From Takakia lepidozioides (taxonomy: Eukaryota > Plantae > Bryophyta): a stretch of DNA of 64,000 nucleotides. Each line of letters opens with the position of its first letter. Position 1 is the stretch's first letter. Position numbers and translations under genes: made by a program. This document shows, piece by piece, positions 39,067 to 51,000 of this stretch. The stretch is taken from contig CM060731.1 of the NCBI GenBank assembly GCA_030704615.1, positions 14,446,001-14,510,000 on the forward strand, in the 5' to 3' direction. The notes below the pieces were generated by a model that saw only the letters and a program-made list of their open reading frames with translations, made no database searches and was not told where the DNA came from.

Positions 39067-39579
39067 CCTTTTTTTTTTTTTTTTTTTTAAGAAACAATGT
39101 ACAAATAAAGCGTATGCATATGATCTAATAGTATTTTTGCCTGATTTAAGCAGCGTAGGCTCCTCTGGCATGTTCCAGCTATTAAATCTCTCTCACTTTG
39201 TCTTACTGCAAATTCAATATTAAATACTTTAGAATGTGAGAGTTTGTCAGATAGTGATGAGTAGCTTTTTAGTAAGGTGATGGTAAATGGAGGCGATGAG
39301 GTGGAAAGCTTAATTCTTGATGGGAAGCAATGTCACCCTTGGCTTCTATGGTTTGTGTCACCCCTTTGTATTGTGTAACTCATCTTAGTCCATTTTAAAC
39401 TTAGCCAAATTTGGACTTGGTCAAAATTTGAGACCAAGTTCCCAACACTTCACTCTTGCACTGAATGGAATTATACTTCACGCCGTGTAAACCCATCTTA
39501 TAACCTTGACTGGGGTTTACACACTCTCTCTTTCTAATGTATTGTCATCCGTAATAAAACTACACTCCCTTCAATTCCA

Positions 39580-41712
39580 CTAGGGTATCCTGTGTCGTTG
39601 GCCCAAGTGTCCAGTGTAATTTAAGTCCAAGTGCATATAGACCCTCCTGTTTTGGAGATCTAGGCCTAGGGTAGCATGTGCCATTGGCCCATGTGTTAAG
39701 AATCAAAATGTAAGCTCAAGTGCAATCCCCTATGTATCCAAATGCGTCTCCTATGTTAAGGCCCATGTGCGAAAAATTGAAATCTAAGCCCATGTGCAAT
39801 CTCCTATGTATCCAAGTGCTTCTCCCATATAGAGGCCCAAGTGTAATCCCCCGTGCATCAAGAGACCCTGCAGTTTGGGAGATCTCATTGTCATTGTTCC
39901 AACAATGCCCATTTTGCTATTTTTGTTGTCGAGGTTTTATATATTGAGATATTCACTTTGCTATTTTTCACGAATTTCCAGCGACCAAAAGTACTTGAAA
40001 TTCCAAATCTCCCACATGAAGGGCCAATCACTGCTCCAAGAAAGCCCATTTTGCTATTTTTCGCGAATTTCCGGCGACCCAAAGTACTTGAAATTCCACA
40101 TCTCCCACACCGCGGGTCCAAAAATTATGAGACCAACCTGGTGCACCCCTCCTCATCGAGGGCTTTCCAACGGCACCAAGCACTAGGGTTGGGCCCCGCC
40201 GTTTGGGAGATCTCAACGACGCTACAAAACAAAACAAACAAATAAACAAACATCTCGCTTCATATATTGACTAGGGTCGCCTATGCCGTTGGCCCAAGTG
40301 TCCAATGTCATCTAAAGTCATCTAAGTCTATTCATTTTTTTTTCCACAGAGCCTACGACCAGATTTGAACCGGAGACCTTTCCCTTGATATCTCGCATGT
40401 CGAGGCTCCAATCATTGTCCAGGGACCAAACATACCATTTCTCATTATTATTTTTCCACGGAGCCTACGACCAAATTTGAACCGGAGACCTTTCCCTTGA
40501 TATCTCTCCTGTCGAGGCTCCAACCATTGTCCCAAGAATGCCCACTTTGCTATTTTTCCCAAATTTTCGACAACCCAAAGTACTTGAAAGTCCACATGAT
40601 CTCCCACACCGCAGGTCCAAAAATCATGAGACCAAGCCCGTGCACCCCTCCTCCTCAAGGGCTTTCCAACGGTACCAAGCATCAGCGCTGGGGCCTTGTG
40701 GTTTGGGACATCTCAACGTGACAAAACAAACAAAACAATACAAACGTCTCAATTCATATGTTGACTAGGGTAGCATGTGTCGTTGGCCCAAGTGTCCAGG
40801 GTCATGTAAGCCCAAGTGCAATCTCCTATGCATTCAAGTGCGTCTCCTATGTCTAGGCCCAAGTATGACCTCTAGAGTAGCTTGTGTCGTTGGCCCAAGT
40901 ATCCAATGTCATCTAAGTCATTCAAGTCTAATCATTTTTTTCCACGGAATCTACAACCTGATTTGAACCGGAGACCTTTTCCTTGATATCTCTCCCGTCG
41001 AGGCTCCGATCGTTGTGCCAGGAATGCCCACTTTGTTATTTTTCCTGAATTTCCAGCGACCCAAAGTACTTGAAATTCCACATCTCCCACACCACAGGTC
41101 CAAAAATCATGAGACCAAGCCCGTGTACCCCTCCTCGTTGAGGGCTTTCCAACACTAGATGTCACCCCCCCCCCCCCCCCCCATCTGTCTCATCCTCCTT
41201 ATTGCTGGTCCACAACCCCCCAGGAGCCCTTTCACCAACATATTGATAAAATCAGACAACTTCACAAGTCGGACAAATCTACCACTCTCCTCTCTTCTCT
41301 AAATGACGAGCACCCTGGAGCTGCCCTAAGAATGCTAGCTTTTGAGTGTCATTTGTATCCAAGTGCAATCCCCTATGTATCCAAAGACCCCACTGTTTGG
41401 GAGATCTGGGATAGCATGTGTCGTTGGCCCATGTGTGAAGAATTGAGATCTAAGCCCAAGTGCAATTTCCTATGTATCCATGTGCCTCTCCCATGTAGAG
41501 GCCCAAGTGCGACCTCTAGTGTCCAATATCACCTAAGTCCAAGTGCAATCCCAAAGCCCACTTTGCTATTTTTTTGCAAATTTCCAACGACCAAAAGTAC
41601 TTGGAATTCCAAATCTCCCACGTGAAGGGCCAATCGTTGCTCTAGTGTAGCCTGTGTCGTGGGCCTAAGTGTCATCTAAGCCCAAGTGTAAGATCTTCTA
41701 TGTATCCCAGTG
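39580..41712. repeat. Mosaic satellite-like repeat, left part (target of the CACTA insertion)
   Basis: Many copies of ggcccaagtg / gtgcaatc(t/c)cctatgtatccaa, plus ~180-bp modules (cgacccaaagtacttgaaattccacatctcccacacc...gggctttccaacgg) at ~40075, 40570 and 41057. Confidence 0.85.
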
Positions 41713-41849
41713 CACTACAGGAAAAGGGGGGCCTTTGCGACGCCCGCGCCACACCACGGCCACGCCGCAGCGTCGGGAAAACGCCCTTTTCGGGCACGCG
41801 GTAGGCGCAAAATTTGCGACGCCCGGCCGTCGCCCTGCAAGCCATAATC

Positions 41850-43663
41850 ACATCATCCATAGACAGATCACTTGTGTCAGGATGAAAAAGTAGGGAATAT
41901 CATCCGTGGCAGCGCCTTACCTCCATCTAGGTAATTCTATCATTCCTCACCAAACCATCCGGTATGGATAAAAAGAGTCAATAAAAGAGGAATGAAAAAT
42001 TATCATCCTGGTAGTTTTTCATCCGGTACGGATGGAAAAACATGATGTTGTTGGCAACCTTCATAGAGGTAATTCTTTTCTTCCATGGTGACTCATCCGG
42101 TATGGATGAGAGTCAATAAAGGAGGAATGAAAAGGCCAAAAGAACCATCCTAGAGGTAATTCAATGTCCAACCTGGTGGCTCATCCGGTATGGATGAAAA
42201 AGCCTGATAGAGGATGAGAAAACAAGAAGTCAACACTGATAGCAAACTGCCAATTCCCAGTAGAGAGGGAGAGAGAGGGAGAGAGGGGGCAACAATGAAA
42301 AAAAATGGGTTGGGGGGGGGGGGAGGTCAGATGGTGGGGTCAGCTGCAGCATATGTCCAACACCAGATATCCTAAGTTAATCGACTCTATATCTTGGAAA
42401 CGGGACCGCCCACCGATCTGTCAAACAGGCTAAGTCCTGGCAGAAGACAGTAGAAGAGATTCTCAAGGACCTGGACCTGGAACCGCAAGTCTTTACCCTG
42501 CTGGATAAATCTGACTTAGAGGCTGTAGTGTCCAACCATGTCTGTTGCCATGAGATTGTCTGATGAAAATGAAGTTAGGCAAAAAACATCCCTGAACTTG
42601 TTTCCAGTCAGTGACATGGGGGAGGACATCTTGGATGACCTCAAGGGTCTACCCACTCTCGACACTAGACTGAAATTTAAACTCAGGGCAGGAAGCCTAC
42701 CTTTGAACAGCAAACAAAAGCAGAGAGGAAAGGGAGAGTGCAATTGCCCGTTGTGTGGGCAATCTGAAGACAATACTCATTTTCTGATACATTGTCCGGG
42801 GTTCTCTCACCAAAGAGACGCTCTTTTCAAATCTATCAAGGGAATTGTGCATGTACCTCTGTTTACTAACTTTGAAAAAGTCGAGGCTGAGCCAAAAGCC
42901 CAGCCCCTTCTGAGGCCTAGTTTTTGGGCATCTCACACACAGAAGATTGATGCTTGTGTGAAGGGATTTGTAGAGGAAATCTGGAAAACCCGGATTAATT
43001 CTATATATGAAGGTAAGTCTTACTACCAACGTTAGCCCCTGATAGAGGTAGGATCTGTCCCTTTTGTTTCCCCAAGAGAGGGGGCAACAAAGAAAAACAG
43101 AGAATGTGTGGGGGGGGGGAGTGACTGAGCAGCAGCAGCTGCTCAGTCACTCCCCCCCCCCCCCACCTTCTTTTCTTCTCTTTGTTGCCCCCTGATGTCT
43201 CCCTCTCTCTCCCTCTCTCTCCCTCTGGAAACTGGGTTTATGGAATTGTCATCCCGACTTCCATCTTTGAGAAAATTGAAAAAATTGAAAAATTGGGTTG
43301 CAGGGAATTTTGGATGTTTTTTCATCCAAAATACAAATCTTTCCCTAGTGAAACATTTCTTCACTAAATACCTGTGAGGTGCAAAACTCCCGTCAGTCAA
43401 TCCAACCTGGATGAAAAAAAGACTTCATCTGACAAGACCTAAATACGGGGCAAGACGGGTATAAACCCCCGATGTTTTTCATCTAACCTAGATGAAATAC
43501 AGACTGCATCCGTGGAGTTCAAGACGGGATAAATGCACGATGTCTTTCATCTTCCGCAAATGAGAAACGGACAACGTCCATCGGGCGTACAGGCTGGCGG
43601 ATGTTTTTCATCCTGGGAAGGATGAATGACAGGCCAGATAGGGGAAAACCTTGCTCAACCCTA
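41850..43663. mobile_element. Nested insertion in the left CACTA arm: DNA-transposon-like remnant with CATCC-N5-GGATG palindromic repeats
   Basis: Repeated tcatccggtatggatga-type motifs at 41.85-42.22 kb and 43.30-43.63 kb. Ends gctcaacccta (reverse complement TAGGGTTGAGC, hAT-like). No partner TIR seen. Confidence 0.45.
42351..43075 (+). mobile_element. 3' fragment of a non-LTR retrotransposon with a C-terminal CCHC finger (RTE-X/L2-like)
   Basis: MSNTRYPKL..SWQKTVEEILKDL, then RLKFKLRAGSLPLN..CPLCGQSEDNTHFLIHCPGFSHQRDALF..FVEEIWKTR, ending at the stop at 43035. Confidence 0.7.
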
Positions 43664-45093
43664 ATGTCTTTCGTTTTGCGCTGCAAGAGCGCGCGCGATG
43701 GCAGCTTGGGAGGAGCAATGGTGCTCGTGCTGCAGATACCTTGAGCTGCCAATCCTTGAGTGTTTATGGCTCCTGTGAGCGCCGCCTAGGCGGGCTCTTT
43801 AAGGCGATGGCGGTGGCTTAGAGATGAGGGAAGATTCATTGTCTCAATTGTCTATTTTTTTGCTGCACAAGGGAACCACGGCAGTGATGGCGGAGGTACC
43901 ACCTGCATGCTTATGACGTTTCCCTAGGAGCCCTCCTCTGGATCTTTGATGAATGGCAACGTCTTGGTAGAAAAATGAAGTCTCTCTCCCTCCCTTTATA
44001 AACCCTACCTTTTGAGACCAAGCTCTTTTTTCTTGTGCTTGGCAAGACTTTGCTTTGGTTAAGGTAGCAGTGTTGTGGTGCTGGCGGAGTCCTCCCTGCA
44101 CGGTTAGGCTTGTGGAGAGATGACGACTCTCCCCCAAACAGTAAAAAAGGTTCTTTTTTTCTGTTTAATTTGCTTCCCTGCTTTCTTTGGCATTCTATGC
44201 GCTTAGATTGAAATGTATTTGACCTCGATAGCAAGTGTGGAAGCCTACTACTCACCTCGTGCATCCTCACTAACTCACAACGCGTTATGGTTGTTTTTGG
44301 GACGGGCATAGGTGAGGGCTTCCACTTAATATTCTGATGTCTAGGTGCTGCTGGATGCCAAGTGGGATTGCAGAGCCGAGGAAGGAATTGCTTGCCAGGG
44401 ACTCATCTTAAAATGCTGAAAAACTAAACTACTCTATGGTTTTTCTTGATCCTACCTCTTTCATTCCTTGATTTTTCAAGAACAAGTGTAATGTAAAAAT
44501 GAAGATTGTGACGGCTGACCGTCATTTCTTGCGACCCCTGGCCCCATAAATAAAAAAACACGTCGCCCCGTGCGACGGCTGTCCGTCGCGGGGTGCGACC
44601 CCCAGGTAAAGAATATAAAAAAAATCGTCGTCCAATGCGACGCCAGGGTGTCGCAGGAGGCAACGGCCGGCCTTTCTAGATTCAGGGTTTAGGGCCTTTT
44701 GGGTTTCTTAGTTTTTTTTTTTTTTTTTTTTTTTTTTCCCATATGGTACTGGGTTAGGGTGTTTGCTTTTCTTTATGGTGCTGGGTTTTGGATTGGCGGT
44801 TTTGGTTGTGGGTCTTGGGGTTAAAAGGATAAACGGTGTAATTAGGATTCACATACCCAAAATGTGGTTCAATCTGATAATCGCAAAGCGCTGGGTCTCA
44901 ACAAATTTTTCCATAGTGTGAGCATCCTGAAGATAGAACGAGAGGAAGGATTTATTGTCTTGGGCTCTAGAACCATAGGTATGCTCCGCCTTTGGTTATC
45001 AATTTTGAAAGCCCCGAGGCTGAGGCATAGGGTTTTTTTGCCAACGGTTTTTGAGAAATGAAAGTGTTGGTGGTGTGTGTTAATTGGGATGGG

Positions 45094-48000
45094 ATGGTGA
45101 GGAAACATTGACCCGTCTCCCTCGAGGATGGGGAGGTAGTACCACATATCGATTGTGGCCCTAGAGCGACCATTTTTCATGGCGAGGAGGCACCCATTGC
45201 ACCTGATCCAATACAGGCTGCCGGGCACAATCGTAAAAGGGACCGGGGCCAAATTTCAGGTGATGCGGAGGATGTTGACACTCCGGGATCGAGTCGGGCG
45301 CGCCGCGGGTTGCCCCTCGCGGGCCACCCCGTCCAACCACATCCATCTTTGACCCCCCGACAGGATTGAGTGTTAGTGCACTAAGTGTTGGGAATGGATA
45401 CCGCCGGGCGGCACCAGACCACCGAGGCGGCGACCGCATGTTGTCGAAAAACATTACAAGAAGAACAAGATTGCGGATGCGGCAACGGTGAATGTTCTTC
45501 CCACCCCTCTCATTAACATTCATTTAAGGTACATTTAGGTTTATCTAATAATATAGTATGATTGGTAAGTATACATGAATCAAAATTACGACATAAGTAT
45601 TGATGCGTCGTTCACTACGCACATTGCAGCCACGACTTGATGCCCAAGCTCGCAATCACATTGCACATGAGGCATTTCGCGCCGGTCTACTTGCAGAATT
45701 TGTGCCAGAGCATGTGCCCGATGTGACCAGTTGGTTCCCCCAGCAGCACGTAGATGAGATGCGTAGGGTCGAGGGGTATCATAGGTGTCGTAGGCGTTAT
45801 GGTCGGCGACGAGTAAGCCCACCCCCCCCTCCAGTTTCCTCAGGCGCCCCCCCTGATTGTGGCCTCCCCCCCCCCCCGTCTGTTTCTTTGCCTAATCCAC
45901 CTCCGGTTGTATCTGATCCGGACGTTGTACCCCCGGCTGCACCTCCGACATTACATCCTCAACCACCTCCACTTTCATCTCCTCTGCCTACAGTACCACC
46001 TCCACCACCACCTCCACCTCCACCTCCACGTGCATGTGCCCCCCAAACCCCTAGGAGGGGTTGGCTACGCCCTAGGTTTCCTCCCCTTCGGCTTGGGCGG
46101 CCTGAGCCGGATTCTCGTCCCCGATGGGAAGCGCATATTACTATGTTATTGAGGACCGTCCAGCCTCGTTGTTGGGGGAATCATCTCGACCCTCCCACCC
46201 CCATCCGAGAAAATGTGGAGTTCGAGTATTGGGGGAGACGGTATGTTATGAGAACCGCTACAGACCTTGGTTTATTCACGGTCAATGATATTGTGGTTCC
46301 TCCTCGGAGAAACAACATGGTGGACTTGTTTCCCTACTACGGTCCATACTACACCTCCGCGGAGTTCCGTACATTACGCCTCGAAGCCCCATACATCCTA
46401 CCCTACATTTTGTGTGTCAACGGACAGGATGTACGTAGACGGGGGTTGTCTCCCATTGAGATCAGATTTTTTGATGGTGACCCCAGCATCTTCGGCAATG
46501 TTGCTGGGCTGGTCAATAGTTCTTTTGGTCATCCTAGGAGAACCAATGTAGTATGGGACGAGCGAAGCGATGGGCATGAGAGCTTTTGTGGTCATACGTC
46601 AGTATACTGTGAGGGGATGCACATGTTTGTGATGACATGTGCTAGTAGGACTATTAGGGCTGGCAGCGAACTATTTGCATCATACAAGTTCTCCCGGGAT
46701 GATTGGGACCTCCAATTACAGCGTGAGTGGGATGTGTATGATAGAAATAGGGTTCTTTTGAGACAAGGATTGCGTAGAGGGGCATTGTAGATATTCTCAT
46801 GATGTACTTTGTATTCATCCGATTAATCGATTGGTGTAAATTTTCTCTTGCTGCTCGTGTGGGTTGCAACTTTGCATATGTGATCTAAACATACTTATGC
46901 ACATGTGGACCAAATATGAGCTTGAACCAAGTTGATTCAATGGGTCATTCTAGTGTTGAATGCAGCTACGTGTCATAGAGACGGAAAATTGTGTTTCGCC
47001 TGCAGATGATTTTTTTTTTAATTCCATTTTCAAGCCATATGCTTAATGATAGCATATGCAATGTGCGTGCAAAACTTGGGAGTAAACAAAAGTCATTTGG
47101 ACCCATAACCAGATTTTGTTCTCTCATTTATACTCCAAAGTTCAACTTCATGCACTCTTTATAGAGAGTTCTGCAAAAGTGACCCTAGAAACACACTTTT
47201 TTTTTTCCATTTTTTTTTTGGTCCCATTTTTTGCATGGATGTAGTGGTGCAAAGCCCGATGTCACAGAACAAATAGAGCTAAAAATAAAATCATTACGCC
47301 CCTCAAAACCGCATATATTTTCTAAATGCAAATATTTATTTTAAATTCATTTAAATTCGATTTAATTCAAAATTGGTGCAAGGGTGAGTGCGTCGTTGGG
47401 GAGGCAATTTTTTTTTTTTTCCTGCTGGATCTTTGTACAGGTGTTGCACACATATTTAAGCACATGTAGGAAAAAATGAAGCTTGAGCCACATCCGTTTG
47501 TTGGGTGCAATGGCATGAGAGGATTTTCTTTCACATTAATAAACAAAAATTGGTTGATAGGGTGAATGCGTCATGGGGGGGGGCAAATGATTTTGTTTGG
47601 GTTTGAAACTTTGCATGCGTGTACGTTGCGCATATACATGTAATTATTGAATGACATATTTGATGCACACACACATTGAAGGTTGTTGTTTGCATTTCGC
47701 TTATAATGAAGTGTATGGTTGCAATGACACATTATAATATATGTCTCTATGTTCATTTGTTCGTATCAGGACTTTGTCCATCCCTTCCCGGTCTTTTCTC
47801 TTGGCATCCCATCCGAAAACAACCCAAGTACATCAGGCGGGAGCCGTGGGCGAGACGCCGCCCCCACGGTACCGGACGATGATGACGATGACAGTGATAG
47901 TGATAATGACAACAACAATGAGCATGGAATTAACCAGGAGGATGTGCAAACCATGGAGGATCTCTTAATGCATCATGTGGGCGCTGATGCATCCCATGAA

Positions 48001-51000
48001 GAGGGAACCCGACCAATCGATGATCCTGAAATGGCCCCCTCAAATGACATGGAGAGGGAGGCGAGAACTCCCTTGTACGAAGGGGCGAAAGTGAGTCGAC
48101 TTTCAACAATCTTACTTTTGCTCAATCTTTAAATTCGATTTGGCATAAGTAATGTTGGGATGTCTGCCATAATGCGAACTATTGCAGACTATATCCTTGC
48201 TCCACACTTGAAACCCAAGATGCCATGCTCGCGGAAAGAGGCGCGCGAAGTCTTGGACTCTGTGGGGATGGGCTATAAGATTTTTCATGCATGTCCATGT
48301 GATAAAACCTTATACTACGGAGAGGATTCGCATCTCACCAAGTGCCCAAAGTGCAAGAAAAACCGATATCGGGATGATGTCCAAGGGAAAAAAGTACCAC
48401 GCAAGGTATAAGCGTCATTCTCCCTCGCATGGAGATTATTTTCTTTAATCTTCTCAATGTATGTAAAGTGTATTCCACAAAGTTTAGGGTTTAGAGAGTA
48501 GTACTCATGCAAGATCTGATTGTGGTTTTGGAAGGAGTGAGTGAGGAGTGGAAAGAACGACGTTTGGTTTTGACCATTCACACCCAAATGAGGGAGAGGC
48601 TGCATAAAGGGAAAGACATAAGGGTGTTGTATTATGTGTGCTAATGGGATGATTACATGTGGGGGGCGTGGGGTATTTTATCCTAGAAAATGCATTACTT
48701 TCCGATCATCCCGCGATTGAGGGCGCAGTACCGAAGCCCCGAATTGGCCAGACTCATGAGATGACACGCCTCGCATCGGAGCCCCCCGGGAAAGGTGTGC
48801 GGGCCACAAGATTCACAAGCATGGAGGCATATTGAAGAGATATGGTCTTTTCTCTTGGAGGACCCACGACATGTCCACCTCGGCTTCTCCTCAGATGGGG
48901 TCAACCCATTCTCTGTCCAGTCATGTAGTCATTCCACTTGGCCGGTGACCATGGTGAATTACAACATCCCTCCGTATCTTCAATTAAAAAAGGCCATATC
49001 ATGTTGGCTGCCATTGTGCCAGGTGAGTGTACTCATTTCATGTTTATTATTGCTTTCAACTTTATATTAAACTTCTGATCTCTGACGCAATTCGGATGCA
49101 AGATTGATGAGTGACATAATCATGGAGTAAGACGTGTAATTCATTTTGTAGTATAATTTGCATATTGGTGAAGCATTGAAACAATGATGTGAATGTCTCA
49201 TAGGGAAAAAACAAGTGACAAACATGGACACGTACTTGCGACCTCTTGTTGATGAACTTAAAGAGCTATGGAGGGGGGCCCCGGCATTGGATGCTTCACT
49301 TGACCCTATGGCCGGACAATCTTTTCAGATGAGAGACATCTTGCTTTGGACAATGCATGATTATCCAGGTATATTATGTTCCCCATGAACAACCCGCGTA
49401 CATTCACTTGTCAATGTCGGATAATATCGATGAGGATTGGGATTGATTGAAGTAGCGGCGACAGTCTTGTGCACCGTAGTGGGGTAGATGGCATTATGGG
49501 CCATGCACATGACAACTTTTGTTTTTGCTAATGTGGCGGGATGTGTTGTACAAGACTAACTGTTTGCTCGGGGCTAAGCACCAAAGGGTACCATGCATGC
49601 TTGCATTGTGGCGATGATCTTGATGCACATAGCTCCCGCCATCTTCACAAGATGATGTATCCCAACTACCGCAAATTTCTTCCTATGAGCCATCGATGGA
49701 GAAGAAGAGAGAAACACTTGTTTGATGGCAAAGAGGAAGTACCCCCCCCCCCCCCCTATGACACCGTCCGGGCAGTTTTGGGAGGACCGATGGAAGGAGG
49801 CCCATGCGGGCACGGACGGTGAAGTGGACGTGCCCGACATGAAACGATTTTCAATCTTCTACGAGTTGCCATATTGGGCAGTACATATTCCACAAAAACA
49901 CTGTCAATATCCCTATGCATGCATGTGATATTGCACATTTGGTATGCGTTGCATTGTCACTTTCACGTAAAAGAATTTGTGTAAGTCTTTGTGGGTGGGG
50001 ATATATGTAGGACCTGAAGATTCGCCATCTTCTAGATCCCATGCATATTGAGAAGAATGTCTGTCGAGCTCAACGGAACGAGGGGGTGTCCAAGGGACAA
50101 ATTGCTGATTCCCCGGGGTAGCGCCTGCTGCGGGGTCGCATGCGCCATCTATGGGCCGAACAAAATGGTGTGGACCCAAAGGGTGTTGTACGGTGGAAGT
50201 ATAGAAGCGCACCTTGGCAATGGACAAAGGAGGAATACAAGAAAGTGATAGCCATCATAAGTGCTGTCCGAACACCAACTGGTTATGGGTCATCCCTCCG
50301 TACGAAGTTCAGCGAAGAAGATGGGGTCCATGGTTTGAAGTTTCATGACTACCACAATCTATTGCAAGACATCTTGCCCATTGCAGTACGTGGGACATTG
50401 ATTCCCGAGGTTCGTGAGACAATCTATAGATTGGGAGGCTTGTTCTGGTGGATTTGCTCCAAAGAGTTGGAAGAAGTAGATTTTCCACGTATGAAGAAGG
50501 AGGCGGCGGAGGTAATGTGTATGTTGGAGATGCACCTTCCTCCCTCCTTCTTTGACATCCAAGTGCACTTGGTAGTGCACTTAGTGGAAGAGGCTTCGAT
50601 TGCCAGCCCCATTCATTCTCGGTGGATGTACTTCCTTGAGCGTTATATGAAGACTTTGAAAGGATTTGTAAGACAAATGACGCACCATGTAGCATGGTGG
50701 AGGGGTATACGTTGCAAGAAGCTATGTTCTATTGCACGGAGTACATGACAAAGGTGGATGAGGAAGCCCCTCGGACGTGGAAGGAAGAGGAGGATGCACG
50801 AACCAATGACATCGTTTTGCCCAAAAAATCGAAGAGGGTAAAATTGCCGACCTTGGTGATTGAGCAAACGCATGACTTCATACTGAAGAACACCCCATCC
50901 ATACATGAGTGGGAGAAAGATACAATAATCTAGTTCAACAACGAGAGGAGGAGACGTTTGCATGGAGGCGGAACCATCCAAGGCCGGTTACTAGACGCCC

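Larger units (their letters stand above)
36635..39525. repeat. Inverted repeat pair (~36635-36762 and ~39372-39525) bracketing LINE/SINE debris
   Basis: ggtctcgaaatttgaccaagtccaaatttggctaagtataaaatggagtaagaaagttacaca is a near reverse complement of tgtgtaactcatcttagtccattttaaacttagccaaatttggacttggtcaaaatttgagacc. Confidence 0.75.

Noticed and set aside
45810-46035. Extensin/formin call for the poly-Pro ORF
   Set aside because: No signal peptide, SPPPP periodicity or FH2 domain; the Pro tract is a linker before SET motifs.
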